Assembly: GCF_009914755.1 (NCBI RefSeq) | Contig: NC_060934.1 | Source: the human T2T-CHM13v2.0 reference genome, Homo sapiens | Reading direction: 5' to 3' (one strand) | Length of the DNA: 64,000 nt | Shown here: in pieces, positions 1-16,564 of the stretch | How the letters are laid out: each line of letters opens with the position of its first letter | How positions within the stretch are numbered: the first letter of the stretch is position 1 | The notes under the pieces: model-generated | Databases searched by the model: none | Told to the model about the DNA's origin: nothing | The model's input: the letters and a program-made list of their open reading frames with translations, nothing else | Translations under genes and position numbers: made by a program

Positions 1-228
1 TGTCTGTTTCAGGCATTTAGGCAATCTACTAATGTTTTGGTAAACACGAAGTCCTCAAATTGGATAAAGTTTATACAAACCATATTCTTTTGGATCCTTA
101 TCACTTAGTCATAAGTGTAAATAATTATGAAAAAAAAGTTTGTACAAAAGCATAGTAAGTAGCCCAGCAAATTTTCTATTAAGAACAAAAAAACCAACAC
201 AAGTTGAGGGCAGATTTTATTCAAATAC

Positions 229-335
229 CTGGCAGCTGTGATCAGTATCCAATCCATCCCAGAGACTCATAAACTGAGCTTTCATCATGGCTGTAGCTTC
301 ATGGTCAGAACTTGAACGGTTTCGTAGAAAGGAGT
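229..335 (-). CDS. ATAD1: ATAD1 coding exon (5th coding exon, 107 nt): (D)[35 protein letters not shown], containing pore loop 2
   Basis: Minus strand reads ttctag|ACTCCTTTCTACGAAAC...TGCCAG|gtattt. Phase 1 start completes the GAC codon of Walker B DEID from the previous exon. Missed by the ORF track. Confidence 0.97.
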
Positions 336-362
336 CTAGAAGTAAAAGGTCCTTAACCTTAG

Positions 363-677
<315 letters not shown>

Positions 678-734
678 TTATTTTATTTACTCTTTATGTA
701 ATTTCAAATGTTCCTAACATACTGAAATGATAAA

Positions 735-870
735 ACGTTTTAGATGATGGGTATTCTAATTACCCTGGTCTGATCACTATATACTATAGTGATCATTGAA
801 ATGTCACTCTGTACCCCATAAATATGTGCAATTATTATGTCAATTAAGAAAAATGAAAAGAAAAAAAGTG
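735..870 (+). mobile_element. L1 3'-end fragment
   Basis: GATGATGGGTATTCTAATTACCCTGGTCTGATC...GTACCCCATAAATATG followed by an A-rich tail resembles L1M 3' ends. Confidence 0.65.
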
Positions 871-2109
871 TTTTAAAGCTGAAAACTTTATGAAAGATTA
901 CAAAAAAATTGGGCTATGTGTTTTAGACATTCTGATACAATAAACTTGGTAAATTATTAGGCAAATTAAAACACAATCATTCATAATTTTTGTTTCTTCT
1001 CTAAAAATACATTCATGACAACATATGTAAGAAAAATGAAGGATCTAGTACTGAGAGGCTGGAAGAGTTATGTGGAATCTCAGATGAAAGCCTGTGTGTT
1101 TTGCCTCTAACTTTCTAGGTCACCTGAACCCTATGTGCTCTTAGTTATGTTGCATACTTTTTTCTCATGCAGTTTCCTGTTAATAAATAAAAACGACATG
1201 GAAAAATGAGCAAAACACTATTAAGCCGAAAAATGTAGGACAGAAAATGATTTAAAACATATATGCTGGAATGTACATACATATGTTATACAAGGTAAAA
1301 AAAGGTTTTATGGAAATATACCAAAATGCTAATTACGTTGTATTATAGCTCAGGGATGGATTTAAGGACAAGTTTAACTTTCTCTTTTAAATTATTTTCT
1401 GTCTTCCAAATTATCTACAATGAACATGAAATGCTTTTTTAAAAAAAGGGGAAAACAATTTTATTTTAGAATATAAGACTGAAAGGTGCTACATCCTAAT
1501 AATTTAAAAAAAAAAACAGTAAAAATAAATCTAGGATTTTCTAGTACAATCCCCATTTCAAATGTTTTGTCTTATATCCCTATAAATCACTTTTATTTCT
1601 GAATAACTATTACATTTTAGCATTGAAACTACAACACAAACTTTGTCGATCATACATGCAAGTGGCACAAAAATATCTTGTAATGTGCTATGTCCACACT
1701 TCAAAAAAGTATTTTTTATAAAAAGTAATTTCAGCAAAAACACATTACCATGACACATGAGAGTCCTGCAATGGCAAACATATATCCTAGATTTATTTAA
1801 AGTTTAATTCTGTAAAATCTGTCCTATCATTGGACTATAATTCAAACTAACCCATCTATTCTGAAGGTGGAAAAACCAGTCATTTTAAAACTGCCTAATT
1901 TTTAAAGATAAATTTTAAAATTCAACTGCCTACTTAATCTTCCTAATCTTCACTAAGTGGTTTTGGCAAGATGGTTACTTAAAATAATATGAAAAAATGC
2001 TAGATATGTATAAATAATTACATCCATCATTAAATTGTGAGTGGATTAAAGTCTCCAAATACATGACTAAGATATTAGAATAAATTAAAAAAAAAAAAAA
2101 AAAAAAAAC

Positions 2110-2195
2110 TCAAGGCAGGCAGATCACTCAAGCCAGGGGTTCGAGACCAGGCTGGGCAACATGGCAAAACCCCTCCTCTATTCAAAAAAAAATTT
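2110..2195 (+). mobile_element. Alu left-arm fragment
   Basis: CAAGGCAGGCAGATCACT...TTCGAGACCAGGCTGGGCAACATGGCAAAACCCC. Confidence 0.8.
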
Positions 2196-2277
2196 TTTTT
2201 AAACAACTATATGCTTGCTTAGAAGAAACATACTATAAATATAAGGACTCGGAATGATCAAAAAATAGAAAATGACA

Positions 2278-2636
2278 CAGGTTGAGTATCCCTCCCTTAT
2301 CCAAGATGCTGAGGACCAGAAGTGTTTCAAATTTCAGATTTTGGAATATTTGCATATACATAATGATATGATATCTTGGGGATAGAACCCAAGTCCGGAT
2401 ATGAAATTCATCTATGTTTGATATATACCTTATACACATAGAATGAAGGTAATTTAATACAGTATTTTACATAATTTTGTGCATGAAACAAAGTTTTGAC
2501 TGAGGTTTGACCACAATCTGTTATATGAGGTCAGGCATGAAAGTTTTCCACTTGTGGCATCATGTTGTTGCTCAAAAACTTTCGAATTTTGGAGTACTTT
2601 GTATCTTGGATTTTTGGATTACAGATGTTCAATCTG
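2278..2636. mobile_element. Tigger4/Zombi-type non-autonomous DNA transposon
   Basis: Starts CAGGTTGAGTATCCCT and ends ACAGATGTTCAATCTG followed by TA; degenerate terminal inverted repeats match the recalled consensus. Confidence 0.8.
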
Positions 2637-2679
2637 TATCTGCAAACACAAACAAAAAATTGGATAGACTTTTTTTTTA

Positions 2680-4500
<1,821 letters not shown>

Positions 4501-5555
4501 AATGTATTTTAGAAAAGGTTAATGAAGATATGAGGTTGCAAGAAACAAAGAAAAAAAATCCCAGAGTTCAGAAAAAAGTGGAACTGAACATAAGAGTTGG
4601 AAAACCTTGATGTGATTATGCTACCGTCTGTTGTGTTTGTATACACAGCAGGTATGCATATAGACATATACAGCATCAAAAGGTTCTGCTTTGTTGTTAA
4701 CATCTACATACAGGCTGAAGCCAAGATGCTTGGAAGGATTAACACTCACAGAAAGTGTAGACAAGAAAAAAAATTTTGCTCGTCACTGTACAAGGAAACT
4801 TGTCCATCTTTGCCTGGGCTCTGAGGGGTAAAAATGTCCTCCTTACACAAAAAACTAGGACCATGGGGAGTCTCTTTCAGGTATGAAGTCTAAATTTGTA
4901 CCACCATTCAGTCTGGGAACACACAAACTGAGAAATTATCTAAAATTGGTTTTGAACGATCAGACCCCTGAAGTTCTAAGCTGAGGACAGAAAAAGTACT
5001 CTGGATCTTCTTAGGCAAAAAAGAATTCTCATATAAAAGCAAGCCTAAAGCCATCTAATGTTACAAATGACACAAGGAAACAAACCACTATTAAAAAAAA
5101 GTCAACATAAAGTAAAATTAGAATTTCAGAAAAGAGCAATTCAAAAACTACACAAAAATAGTATGTTTAAAATTCTAAAGATATAAAAGGGATTGAAATT
5201 CTAAAATAACAAGCTACAGTAAAAAAAGGGAAACATTTTATAAAGAACCAAACAGAACTTCTAAAGTTCAAATATAATCAACAAAAAACAAACCCAATAG
5301 TTGAAAGATTAAATATAGCCAAGGAAAGAATTGCCTTTATAATCTACTCAAAAATTGAATTATTTTTAAGTTGTACCATTATTTTGTGTACCAACAAGAA
5401 ACTTAAAATGCTGCCAACTCAATTGTAACATGCTATCCTAATTTCGAAGATGTTAAAATGTAAAAAACAAAACAGTATGTCTTAGAATTGATGAAATACT
5501 GTACAGAACTAAATGACAAACTGTAGAAATGACTCAAAATGGAAGAGATGAAGAA

Positions 5556-5871
<316 letters not shown>

Positions 5872-6636
5872 TAATGGGAACATTGCAACATGCAAATATA
5901 TACAATGGCTGAGAAATCCTCCAGAATTAATGAAAGTCACACATCCTCAGATAAGTGGCTTAGCAGGCTAAATGAAAATAAATGCAGACCTAGAAAAAAA
6001 CCATACTTAAATAGCAGAATGACATGAAAATCTAACAGCAACTAGAGAGAAAGGATAGATTACTTACAAATATAGGGCAATAAGGAGAATTCTCAAAAGC
6101 AACAAGATTAAAAAGATTAGAATGCAGTGGAATTGTAGCTTTAAGACGCTGAATGTGATTCTGTATCATTTAAGAGAGAAAGTAGAATTAACACATGTTC
6201 ACACACAGGAAGAATCTACTCTTTGTACAACCTTTGCTGAAAGAACTTTGAAAGACTTCAGTAAAAACAAAGTTAAATCCAGAAAAGACAAGATCAAACA
6301 AGCAATGGTGAGCAAAAAACCTAGCAAACGTGGCACTAAACAAGCAATGCCAGTATAAAATAGCAATTAATATCGAAGGTAGAAGAAAAATAAAATGTTT
6401 AACAATAACATGTAAGAGATGAGATATTATTATTACCTAAGAGTTCTAAGTTCTCTGTGAATTATTTGGAAGGAAGGTAGAGATTACCCTTGACTTTTAA
6501 GTTGATATTCTAAACGTTTCACTAAAGTAAAAGAACGTATAACTTCTAAACCTGTAGCAAGAAAAAGGGAATAAAGCAAAAAAGTCTACTAGACTGGTAA
6601 ATTAAAAGCAAAAAATAATATAGCAGAAGTAAATCA

Positions 6637-6905
6637 GCTAGGCGTTATAATCCCAGCACTTTAGGAGGCTGAGGCAGGAGGATCATTGGACCCCAGGAGT
6701 TGGGGACCAACCTAGGCAACATAGTGAGACTTCGTCTCTACAAAAAAATTAAAACATTAGCAGGGCATGGTGGTACACGCCTGTATTCTCAGCTACTTGA
6801 AAGGTTGAGGCAGGAGGATCGCTTGAGCCGGGGAGGTCAAGGTTGCAGTGAGTCATGGTTGTGCCACTGCAATCCAGCCATGACAGAGCGTGAAAAAAAA
6901 AAAAA
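6637..6905 (+). mobile_element. Alu (AluJ-like)
   Basis: TAATCCCAGCACTTTAGGAGGCTGAGGCAGGAGGATC... with poly-A tail. Confidence 0.9.
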
Positions 6906-7005
6906 GAAATCTGAATTATCTCAGCTATCATAACAAAATCAAACTAATCACACTTCCCAGTTAAAGAGAAGCTTAGATTAAAATTTTTAGACAATATAGC
7001 TAATA

Positions 7006-7300
7006 GGCCAGGTGTGGTGGACACACCTGTAATCGCAATGCTTTGGGAGGCCAAGGCAGGGCAGATTGCTTGGCCCCAAGAGTTTTAGACCATCCTGGGC
7101 AACATGGAGAAACCCTGACTCTACAAAAATTAGTGGTGTGTGGTAGCACACACCTGTGGTCCCAGCTACTCAGGAGGCTGAGGTGGAAGGTTCACTTGAG
7201 CCTGGGGAGGTTGAGGCTGCAGTGAGCCATGATCACGCCACTGCATTCCAGCCTGGGTAACAGAGTGAGATGCTGTCTTAAAAAAAAACAAAAACAAAAT
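7006..7300 (+). mobile_element. Alu (AluJ-like)
   Basis: GGCCAGGTGTGGTGG... dimer with A-rich tail. Confidence 0.92.
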
Positions 7301-8377
7301 AAACTAGCTATATATTCCTCTGTTCAAGATGCACACCAAAACACCAAAATAACTGGAGTAAATTGATGAGAAAAGATACATAAAGCAAACAAGTAACCAA
7401 AACAAAGCTATACTACATATTTGTATCTATTTTTCTCTCTACATATTTACATAGCCTATCATACTAAATTTAACAATAATAAAATATAATTCAAAACTAC
7501 AGTAATAAAGCTATATAAATATATATCCAATACTAATAATACTGTATTAGTATAACTATATATATTTATATATACATCGTACCAGGAACAGAACAAAAAT
7601 ATTGATCCATAATATAGCAAGAGTCCATTAATATAAAAGTCATGACATACAGCAAAGGATAGTCTAGTTTGCTGTCTTTTTGGAAAAGAATGAAATTAGA
7701 TTCCTATCTCATGTTATATATAATTTTTAAAAAGAGAACATTTATGGGGATAGTGAAGGTATTTGTAAACCAGATACAAAACGTATAAACCACAAAGGAA
7801 AAATACTGACTATAGCCAAATAATAAACTGTAAAAAAAAAACTATCAGAAAAAAGATAGACTAGAAAATAGGTGTAATCATAATAAACATCAACAAAAGA
7901 AAACTACAAATAACTCCAAAGAAATATTGACAATTCACAAATAAGAAAACCCAAATGGCTAATCAACATGCTAAAAGATGCCCAAGTTTACTACCAAGCA
8001 GGAAAACATAAATAGGTATAATAACTAAAGAACTGGTAATCCTAGTGAGGTTGAAGATAGATATATCACACAACCAAATGATTCAACTTCTAGGTATCTT
8101 TCCCGGGCAAACATATATACATGAGAAAACATGTACATGGATATCTACTGCATACTGTTTGTAACAGAGAAAAGACAGAAAAACCTATCTATCAAGTAGG
8201 GGAGTATATAGTCTATGGTTCATTCTACAACACAGAAATTATACATAGCATATTATGATGTTGGTTATGTTCTTTGTTTTATTAACATGGCCTAATAAAT
8301 GTTAAAAACTAAATCTGGTTATCTAAATATCTCTAAAAATGGCCTTTAAAAATACTCATATAGAAAACATAGCATAC

Positions 8378-8578
8378 CTATTTCATCTATAAAGATGATG
8401 GATGGTTGTAGCTTTATGGCAAGGGAGAAGACAGCAGCAGCCAATTTCTGAGATTCTCCATACCACTTATCGGTCAGTGTCGAAGGCTGAAGGTTAATAA
8501 ATCGACAGCCTGCTTCTTTGGCTGTGGCCTTGGCAATCAACGTTTTACCACAGCCTGGAGGCCCATAGAGAAGAACAC
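8378..8578 (-). CDS. ATAD1: ATAD1 coding exon (4th coding exon, 201 nt): (G)[66 protein letters not shown]
   Basis: ttccag|GTGTTCTT...GAAATAG|gtatgc. Contains Walker A, pore loop 1 (KWYG) and Walker B. Overlaps ORF 8346..8540. Confidence 0.98.
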
Positions 8579-10592
8579 CTGGAAATGAATATGTTATTTA
8601 TTACCTTTAAGGGGATATTTGCTTCAATTTATATGATAATCAATAGAATAGTAATTCCTTCCACAAAAAACTTTCCCAATATTCAATTCTGCTTTTATTT
8701 AATCTTGTTTATAGTAGGTAAGATAGAAGAAAGGAAGATGCCATGTTCTAAGCTCAGTGTCAGTTAAGAGCATGTATTTGGGGATTACAGCATCCTGTGC
8801 CCTCTCCCTTCATGAAAAGGTTCAGTTTAAATGCTCACCTTGACATCCAAATTCATACCACTTTATCAACAGTTGAAAAACAAAATCATCTAAGGCCCTC
8901 CACCTTCACAAGCAAACAATGCACCATAGTGCTTTGATATTAGCCTACAGAAGGTAAACAACTTCAAAACAGATTGTGGCAAACACTGTTTTGCTGTTGC
9001 TCACAGATTAAGTTTTAGCCAAAGGACATGTGCCTTTTTCCAAACAATCTTTTCCTAAAAGAAACAGAAATTATCAGTCACTCCTGTTTTAATTTCCAAA
9101 GAATAAAACTATATTATTAACCTATGGTCTCCATTAACAGCATTTTGCTGCTAAATACAATTTAAGGTAACACTTTTAATACAAGGGATCTAGAGGTTGG
9201 GATCTTGAACATTTTGGGAACCACCACCAACTGTTTCTCAACTAAAATGAGATAGCATTTTCTAAATTTAATAATATTAAATATATAATAATACTAAATA
9301 TATAATACTAAAATTATAATTTTACCAAATTACTAAACTCAGTACTACATGATCTGGCACCTAAACTTAGTACTAAGATGGTTATTAAAATAAACCATCT
9401 ACAGACAGCCCTAACAAAAACTGTAATAGGCAGACCTCTCAAAATATTTGTTTAATTCAAAGCTCAACTTTTCCTATGAAACAGTATTTTTTAAAATGCC
9501 ATCTATATAGATGGCATGCTAGGGTGAACTGGAAGGGATCTGGAGGAGTCCAAAATTTTCTTATATATAATAAAAATAAAATTCAAAATGAGAGGAAAAA
9601 TAATTTTGTATGAAAATTCCCAAAAATATCTCAATTTAAAAAAAAAAAGAAATCTGCACCTGATTCCATAACTCTAGCAATTTTATTTTTCACATCAAAC
9701 ACTTCAAAATAATGTTCAAGCTCTTCCTCAAGCATACATAGAATTTTCTACTGGTCTTTATAATTCTTGAAGATTCAAGTTCTAACAGCAACTAATCTAA
9801 GTTTAATCATATGAAACTAAACTTTTCTAAAGCTGACTTTTAAATTTAAATCCATAAGCTTTACCAATACATGTTAATTGTATTTTCAAGCATTCTGCAA
9901 ATTTTAATTAAGTTCACTTAGGTGCTTAAAATTTGGTTAAGTCAGTTATAATTTGAATCTTCTACTGACATTTTTCTTTTGGATGGCTCATATGAAACAA
10001 TAAAGAATAGTAATCTAAAACCACCTGTTTGCAGATACTTGGAATTATTAATTTCATCATTTTGATCACATAATTTAATATAGAATGCATATCCATTATA
10101 AAACTTTTATACACATGTTACTTAAATCTCTGGGTTTTTATATTGTTACACTTGGTACTTTCTTAAAAACTAAATTTCAAGGTTTTTAGAACAAAGTATT
10201 TATGCAAAAGCCTCCATATTTTGTTGACTTTGTAGCTACTCTACCACTTCATAAACATATTCAGAGATTTTAGAGTGTTGTGTTTGATTCAAATTATTCA
10301 TCTATCACTTGGAATATTTCCCTTCTAGTAGATCGGTTTTGTTACTTTTTAGCAGGATTAAGTTTTTCCTCTTCAAGGATTACAATTAGTGTTATTAACT
10401 GAGCAGTTATGAGTGTCTGGAGTGCCTAAAGATTCAATATGCAAAGAAAGCTTGTGGCTATCCTAACTTTCTGGGGACAGGCTGTAACAGAGAAGGTACA
10501 CAAGCTGTCAATATTCCCTTCTTGACCTGGGTAGTAGTTACATAAGTGTGTTAGCCTTATAGTTATTCAGTAAACTGCTTTATCCCCATTCC

Positions 10593-10882
<290 letters not shown>

Positions 10883-11245
10883 CTAAAATTCAGATTGGCT
10901 TGTCTGACAAATTATCAGTGAGTCTAGAGATAACGTTATTTAGAGTGGCACCTTTTCTATATACTTTCCTAAAATGGTCTCCACAGTGATAATAATTACG
11001 ATGGGTGACAAATGAGTACTGCAATGAATGTGAGGCATTTAGCTTTTATTATTAGCTTTGCAACCTTTAAATTAGTTCTTTGAGCTTAATCTGATACTTT
11101 TATAACCAACTTCAACAAATAAAAACTGTGTTTATTATCTTAAGCTTTATAGAGGCTTAAAAATTTAAACTCCTTTTTAAGACGGATGTTTTTGGTAATG
11201 GCTTTACTTAGTAAGTGCTATATGCAAATAAAAGATTTAGGAAGA

Positions 11246-11523
11246 GGATGGGCACAGTGGTTCACACCTGTAATCTCAACACTTTGGGATGCTGAGGCAG
11301 GAGGATAACGAGCCCAGGAATTCAAGACCAACCTGGGCCACAAAGTGAGACCCTGTCTCTACAAAAAATTAAAACATTAGGCAGGCATGGTGGTACATGC
11401 CTTGCAGTTCCAGCTACTCAGGACCCAGAGGCAGGAGGATCATTTGAGCCCAGGAGGCTGCAGCAGTGGGCTATGGTTACACACTCCAGCCTGGTGACAG
11501 TAAGACTCTGTCTCCAAAAAAAA
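11246..11523 (+). mobile_element. Alu (AluJ-like)
   Basis: Diverged Alu dimer with A tail. Confidence 0.9.
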
Positions 11524-13346
11524 GGATAAGAACAAAAAAAGTATTGGGATACACAAATCTAAATTTGAGATAATCCTCATTTGTGACAAATATTCCACCT
11601 TATTAGTGACTATTTTTCTTTTTTGGACAACTGTTTATTGGCTTTAACATAAAATTTGTCCAAATGGTGCAAAAATACACATCTATATAAATTAAATCTA
11701 CTTAAATATAAAGTACTTGAGAAGAATATGGGTCTTTATAACAGAAAATCTATTTTTAAAATTATTTTTTTCCTTAGGTTACTCACAATTTAAAGAATGC
11801 ACCAAAACATGAAGTATAACATTCACAAATGTAATAAAATTTATATACCAAAATAACAATACAGAATTCAGAAAGTTTACAGAGGAAGCCATATGGTATT
11901 CAGATGGATTTTGTTGGAATTTTAACTGTTGTAAATTTTTAGACGTTTGAGGGAAAAAAATCACTTTTTAAATATAACCGTCAATATCTTATGTGTGCCC
12001 CCATTTCCCTGTCACCAATTAGCGGCATCATGGTGTGCATTAGCTTCAACTTTGTATCTATACACAATAGTTACATATGACCTCATGCACTGCATGGATA
12101 CTGCAGTCACTCTCCAATTATCTTTTTGTAGTCTGTGTGAAGCAGTGATCACTTTCAGCTCAGATAGCAATAAACTGTCTAAGGATAACATAAAATTGTC
12201 AATAACTCTAACCTAGGTAACCTAGTTCCAGTCCCAAAATGGAACAAACAAGGATGCATCTGATTTTACACTCTGCTTCTATACACCAATATCCAATTTA
12301 TATTGAGGGTCAAAAAGTAAATTAATGATCTTCAAAACTGTTATTCTTGATTAAAAATTGTCCAGACATAAAGGTGAAAAAGTTCAAATAGCAAAACTTT
12401 ATATAATCAGAAAATATTCATGTAACTTTTAAATTGGACAATGCTTTCAAATAAGAAGCAAATTTACATATAACTTTTGAAGTATTCCCTGCATAATTTG
12501 GTATCCACTCTGCTAAATGGGTCTTTAAACCAAGTCCAACTGGAGAAATCACCCAATTACCTGGTCTAAGATAACACTGATAAAAAAAGAAGCTTTCTCC
12601 AACAGCATATAAAAGGTATTTTACTTTCCTAAATTCACTAGCATTGTCCAATTGAGAACTAAAAATGCAGAAAAGTCATTTTTTGTTCAGACTACAAATA
12701 ACCTGGAAGAGGGTAGTAAAGACTTAACTAATCCAACTATAGCCATACATTTTTGATCTGGGCTCAAATAATCATTCAAAGTTTTTTTTGCGGCAGGGGG
12801 GAAATCACAATAAACTGAGTGTTTTGTTAGGAAAAACTATAAGCAGTGTTGTTATTTCAGAAAACAAAAAGAAATACCTAATAGCTTTGTTGTTTTAATA
12901 ATAAAAGAACATGTCATTTTTGCTGTTAACTGTCATCCTCCACTTACCAGAAACAAAAATTATGTAGTTCATAAAAATGCACAGGTACAGGCTTCAGTTA
13001 CCTTTGATATGTAAATTAATGCACTTTATTGATATAGCTGCAAATTTAGAAAGATTATAAGCATTATAATTTAAACATACATAATGCTATTTTGATATTT
13101 TTAAAGATCCACTTTTTTGAAAAATCAATGTGACTAATAATTTAAGTCTTGACTAACAACATATCAAACCCATATAGTTTTGGCAATGCATTAGATAAGA
13201 GTTTCTGCTAGATGAAAATAAGCTATCTCGTGAAATTTGGATCTGAACGCCATAGTAACACACACATATATCTCTCACTGTAAATTATTTACACTCCATC
13301 TGAATCACCTTTAACAAGCCTTAAGCATGACAGAAATATGTGCACT

Positions 13347-13668
13347 AGCTGGGCACAATGGCTCATGCCTGTAATCCCAGCACTCTAGGAGGCCAACGCA
13401 GGTGAAGAACTTGAACTCAGGAGTTCAAGACCAGCCTGAGCAACATGGTGAAACACCATCATTACCAAAAATATAAAAAAAGAGCCAGGCGTGGTGGCAC
13501 ATGCCTGTGGTCCCAGCTACTCAGGAGGCTCAGGTGGGAGGATCACTTGAGCCTGGGAGGCGGAAGTTGCAGTGAGCCAAGATCATGCCACTGCATTTCA
13601 ACTTGGGTGACACAGTGAGACCCCATCTCAAAAAGAAAAGAAAAGAGAGAAAAGAAAAAAAAAGAAAG
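13347..13668 (+). mobile_element. Alu
   Basis: GCTGGGCACAATGGCTCATGCCTGTAATCCCAG... with GA-rich tail. Confidence 0.92.
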
Positions 13669-14217
13669 ATTTGAATGAACAAGAATTACACTTAATGATG
13701 CAGTTATGAGCATATTCAATTCTTGAGTTCCAAGACTTTCAAAGTGATTTTGAATAAGCAAACATCTCCATCAAAGTTAAATATTTAATTTCTAGTTCAT
13801 CTGCAGATAAATATTTCCTGAAAAAGAATCATTACATTCTAAAAATAAGATCGTTGGAGCTGTGAAACAAGAAAAAAATGTCTTGGCTTGAAAACAAAAC
13901 AAAACAAAACAAAAAACTTGTATTATGACTTTGAATCTTTCTTTAATCTTGATTTTCCAAATTTTAATTTACTTGGAAGTAAGAGAAAAGAAATTGAAGG
14001 AGATTATTTTAACAAGTATTTTAACATGTAAATACAGGAAAAAGTTTATCTCAATTTCAGAAGCTGAAGAATGAGCAATTATTTTAAGAAACTGTTCACA
14101 TAGATCTCAGCATCCTCTTGAGAATCTGATTTCACAAAAACTAGTTCTACAATGGCAGAAAGTTTCAATGTTTTCTAGGATTTTAATGCTTTAGGCGAAT
14201 ATATACCTTTACCATAC

Positions 14218-14338
14218 CTTTTGGAGGCTGCAGAAGCCTGGAATTCTCAAACAAATGTTTCTTTTTGATAGGTAAGATGACTGTGTCTTTCAGATCCGTA
14301 ATGACATCATCTAAACCTGCTATATCACTCCAAGTAAC
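14218..14338 (-). CDS. ATAD1: ATAD1 coding exon (3rd coding exon, 121 nt): VTWSDIAGLDDVITDLKDTVILPIKKKHLFENSRLLQPPK(G)
   Basis: tgccag|GTTACTTGG...CCAAAAG|gtatgg. Carries the AAA N-linker motif VTWSDIAGL. Lies within ORF 14183..14383. Confidence 0.98.
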
Positions 14339-14809
14339 CTGGCAAAAGTTAAGGTCAACATGAATTTTACTACAAATGTACACTCACTAAAGTAAAAAGA
14401 ACGCTCCCAAAATTACAAATGTTAATCTGATGATTATACATAAATAAGTTAAAATCATATATTAACATAAGTAAAGACTTTTCCAAGCAGTAATGAAATA
14501 AACTGCTATGAAACTGGAAAAAGGAATTTAATAGTCAACTATCTACTATTAAAAATCTGTAAGTCAGGTACTCAAAAATCTGCAAGGGTCTAATAAGCTA
14601 AATTCATTCCACTTGTAAGGAGAAAATACTCTGCTGCAAGAATACTGAGAACCAGCTGAGACATAATTTAGCACTGGCTGATGGGAAAGAGCTCATCAGG
14701 AATGTACCTATTTTATACAGGATGTTGTCAAGCATCACAGAAATTAATTTTAGAAATAAGGTCTTACAAAACATAGCTTCTGAATTTTATCCATCAAAAG
14801 TAAACCTAT

Positions 14810-15141
<332 letters not shown>

Positions 15142-15689
15142 TTAAAACTTAAGGAAGTATCTTTATAAATAAAAACAGGGCATACGTATTTTCAAAATAG
15201 ACAAGAAAAACCTGATTCAACTTGTCCTGAAAGGACTGGCACTTGTCCTGAAAGGAGCTGGAGTTGGGGCCAATCAGAAGCAATACTTTACAATAGATTC
15301 ATTTCCTTCAAAATGTAAAAAAAAATGATAAAAAGGGAAGGTGCAAACCAGCAGCCAGATCTGAAAAAAAAAATAACTTTCACTGTAACAGCAACAAAAA
15401 ACTAAGTCTGTTAGTACAGATTTATTCAGAAATTAATATAGGCAGGGTTCCAAGAAGGTACCATTGTAAATCTATAAACCAAATTCAAATGCAGGCTTAA
15501 TTCTAGGGTGTGTGTATGTCTCTGTATACACAGATATTAAGACATTGCAGACTTTTATTTTCTAGATATGGAGATGGGACTACTTCATTCTACTTATTTA
15601 TAGCAATATAACATTAATGTATTAGGCAAATATTTTCTATTTATAGAATTTATAAATGTATACTTATTGTTACAAAATATTGATATAGG

Positions 15690-15850
15690 ATCTTATACAT
15701 TACATCAATCTCATCCTCAAAATAATCCTTATGAAGTAGGTAAAGTAGGTATTATTATCTCTAGATTATACATGAGGGAACTGAGACTCAAAGAGGAAAT
15801 CATTTGCCAAGGCCATTAATGGAAAACCTGGGATTTAGTATCCTGTGTTA
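15690..15850. mobile_element. MIR
   Basis: CTCATCCTCAAAATAATCCTTATGAAGTAGG...ATGAGGGAACTGAGACTCAAAGAG resembles the MIR core. Confidence 0.75.
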
Positions 15851-15968
15851 TCATACCATATTATGAAAATTTAGGTTTAAACTCTATAAAACAAAAATCC
15901 ACATGACTTAAAGCAGTACGCTTTATACACCACAAAGGCAAATACATAAAAGTTTTACTAAACAAATG

Positions 15969-16505
15969 CGTACAGAAAAGAGTTAACAAAGTAGGCCTGA
16001 GACTGTTGTCCTTAGAAAGGCATATTTGCAAGATTGGCCCTTGGCTGGCATGTGGGAACTTAGATTTCAGAAGAGTGCCACAATTTCTTGACAAGAACAG
16101 CTCACTGTGCCTAAACTGTTTGTGCAAACAATATGGTTTATGGTGAAACATCCATTTTCCTTCTGGGAGTCTAGAATTTTGGTACATTTAAGGGAAGAGG
16201 AAAGCTATATAACCAGCCCCCAATAAATATGTTGGGGACTGAGTCTCCCGTGAGCTTTCCTGGTGACAACACTGCACATGTGTTGTCACAACTTGATGCA
16301 CTAATTAAGCACTGTGTGACTCCACTTGGAATCTTGCGCCTGGCTTCCTTCAGACTTCATCCCATGCCCCCTTCCCTTTGCTGATTTTGCTTTGTATCTT
16401 TTCAGTGTAATAAATCATATACAGGAATACAACTATATGCCGAGTCTTATGATTCAGCCTAGAGAATCAAAGAACCCGGCCGTGATCTTTAAGACCCCTG
16501 ACACA
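15969..16505 (+). mobile_element. Solo LTR, MER68-like (ERVL class)
   Basis: Begins (C)GTACAGAAAAGAGTTAAC and ends CCCCTGACACA; internal AATAAA; 5-bp TSD AAATG at 15964-15968 and 16506-16510. Confidence 0.82.
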
Positions 16506-16564
16506 AAATGCTAGAACCCACCCCCACCTCTAAAAAAATCTTAAATAAGATTAAAGATACATAC

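Noticed and set aside
11779-12230. Non-repetitive-looking intronic stretch with a minus-strand GTGAGT donor-like site (about 11786) and short ORFs; possible poison exon
   Set aside because: No convincing matching acceptor or homology visible; conservation data would be needed.
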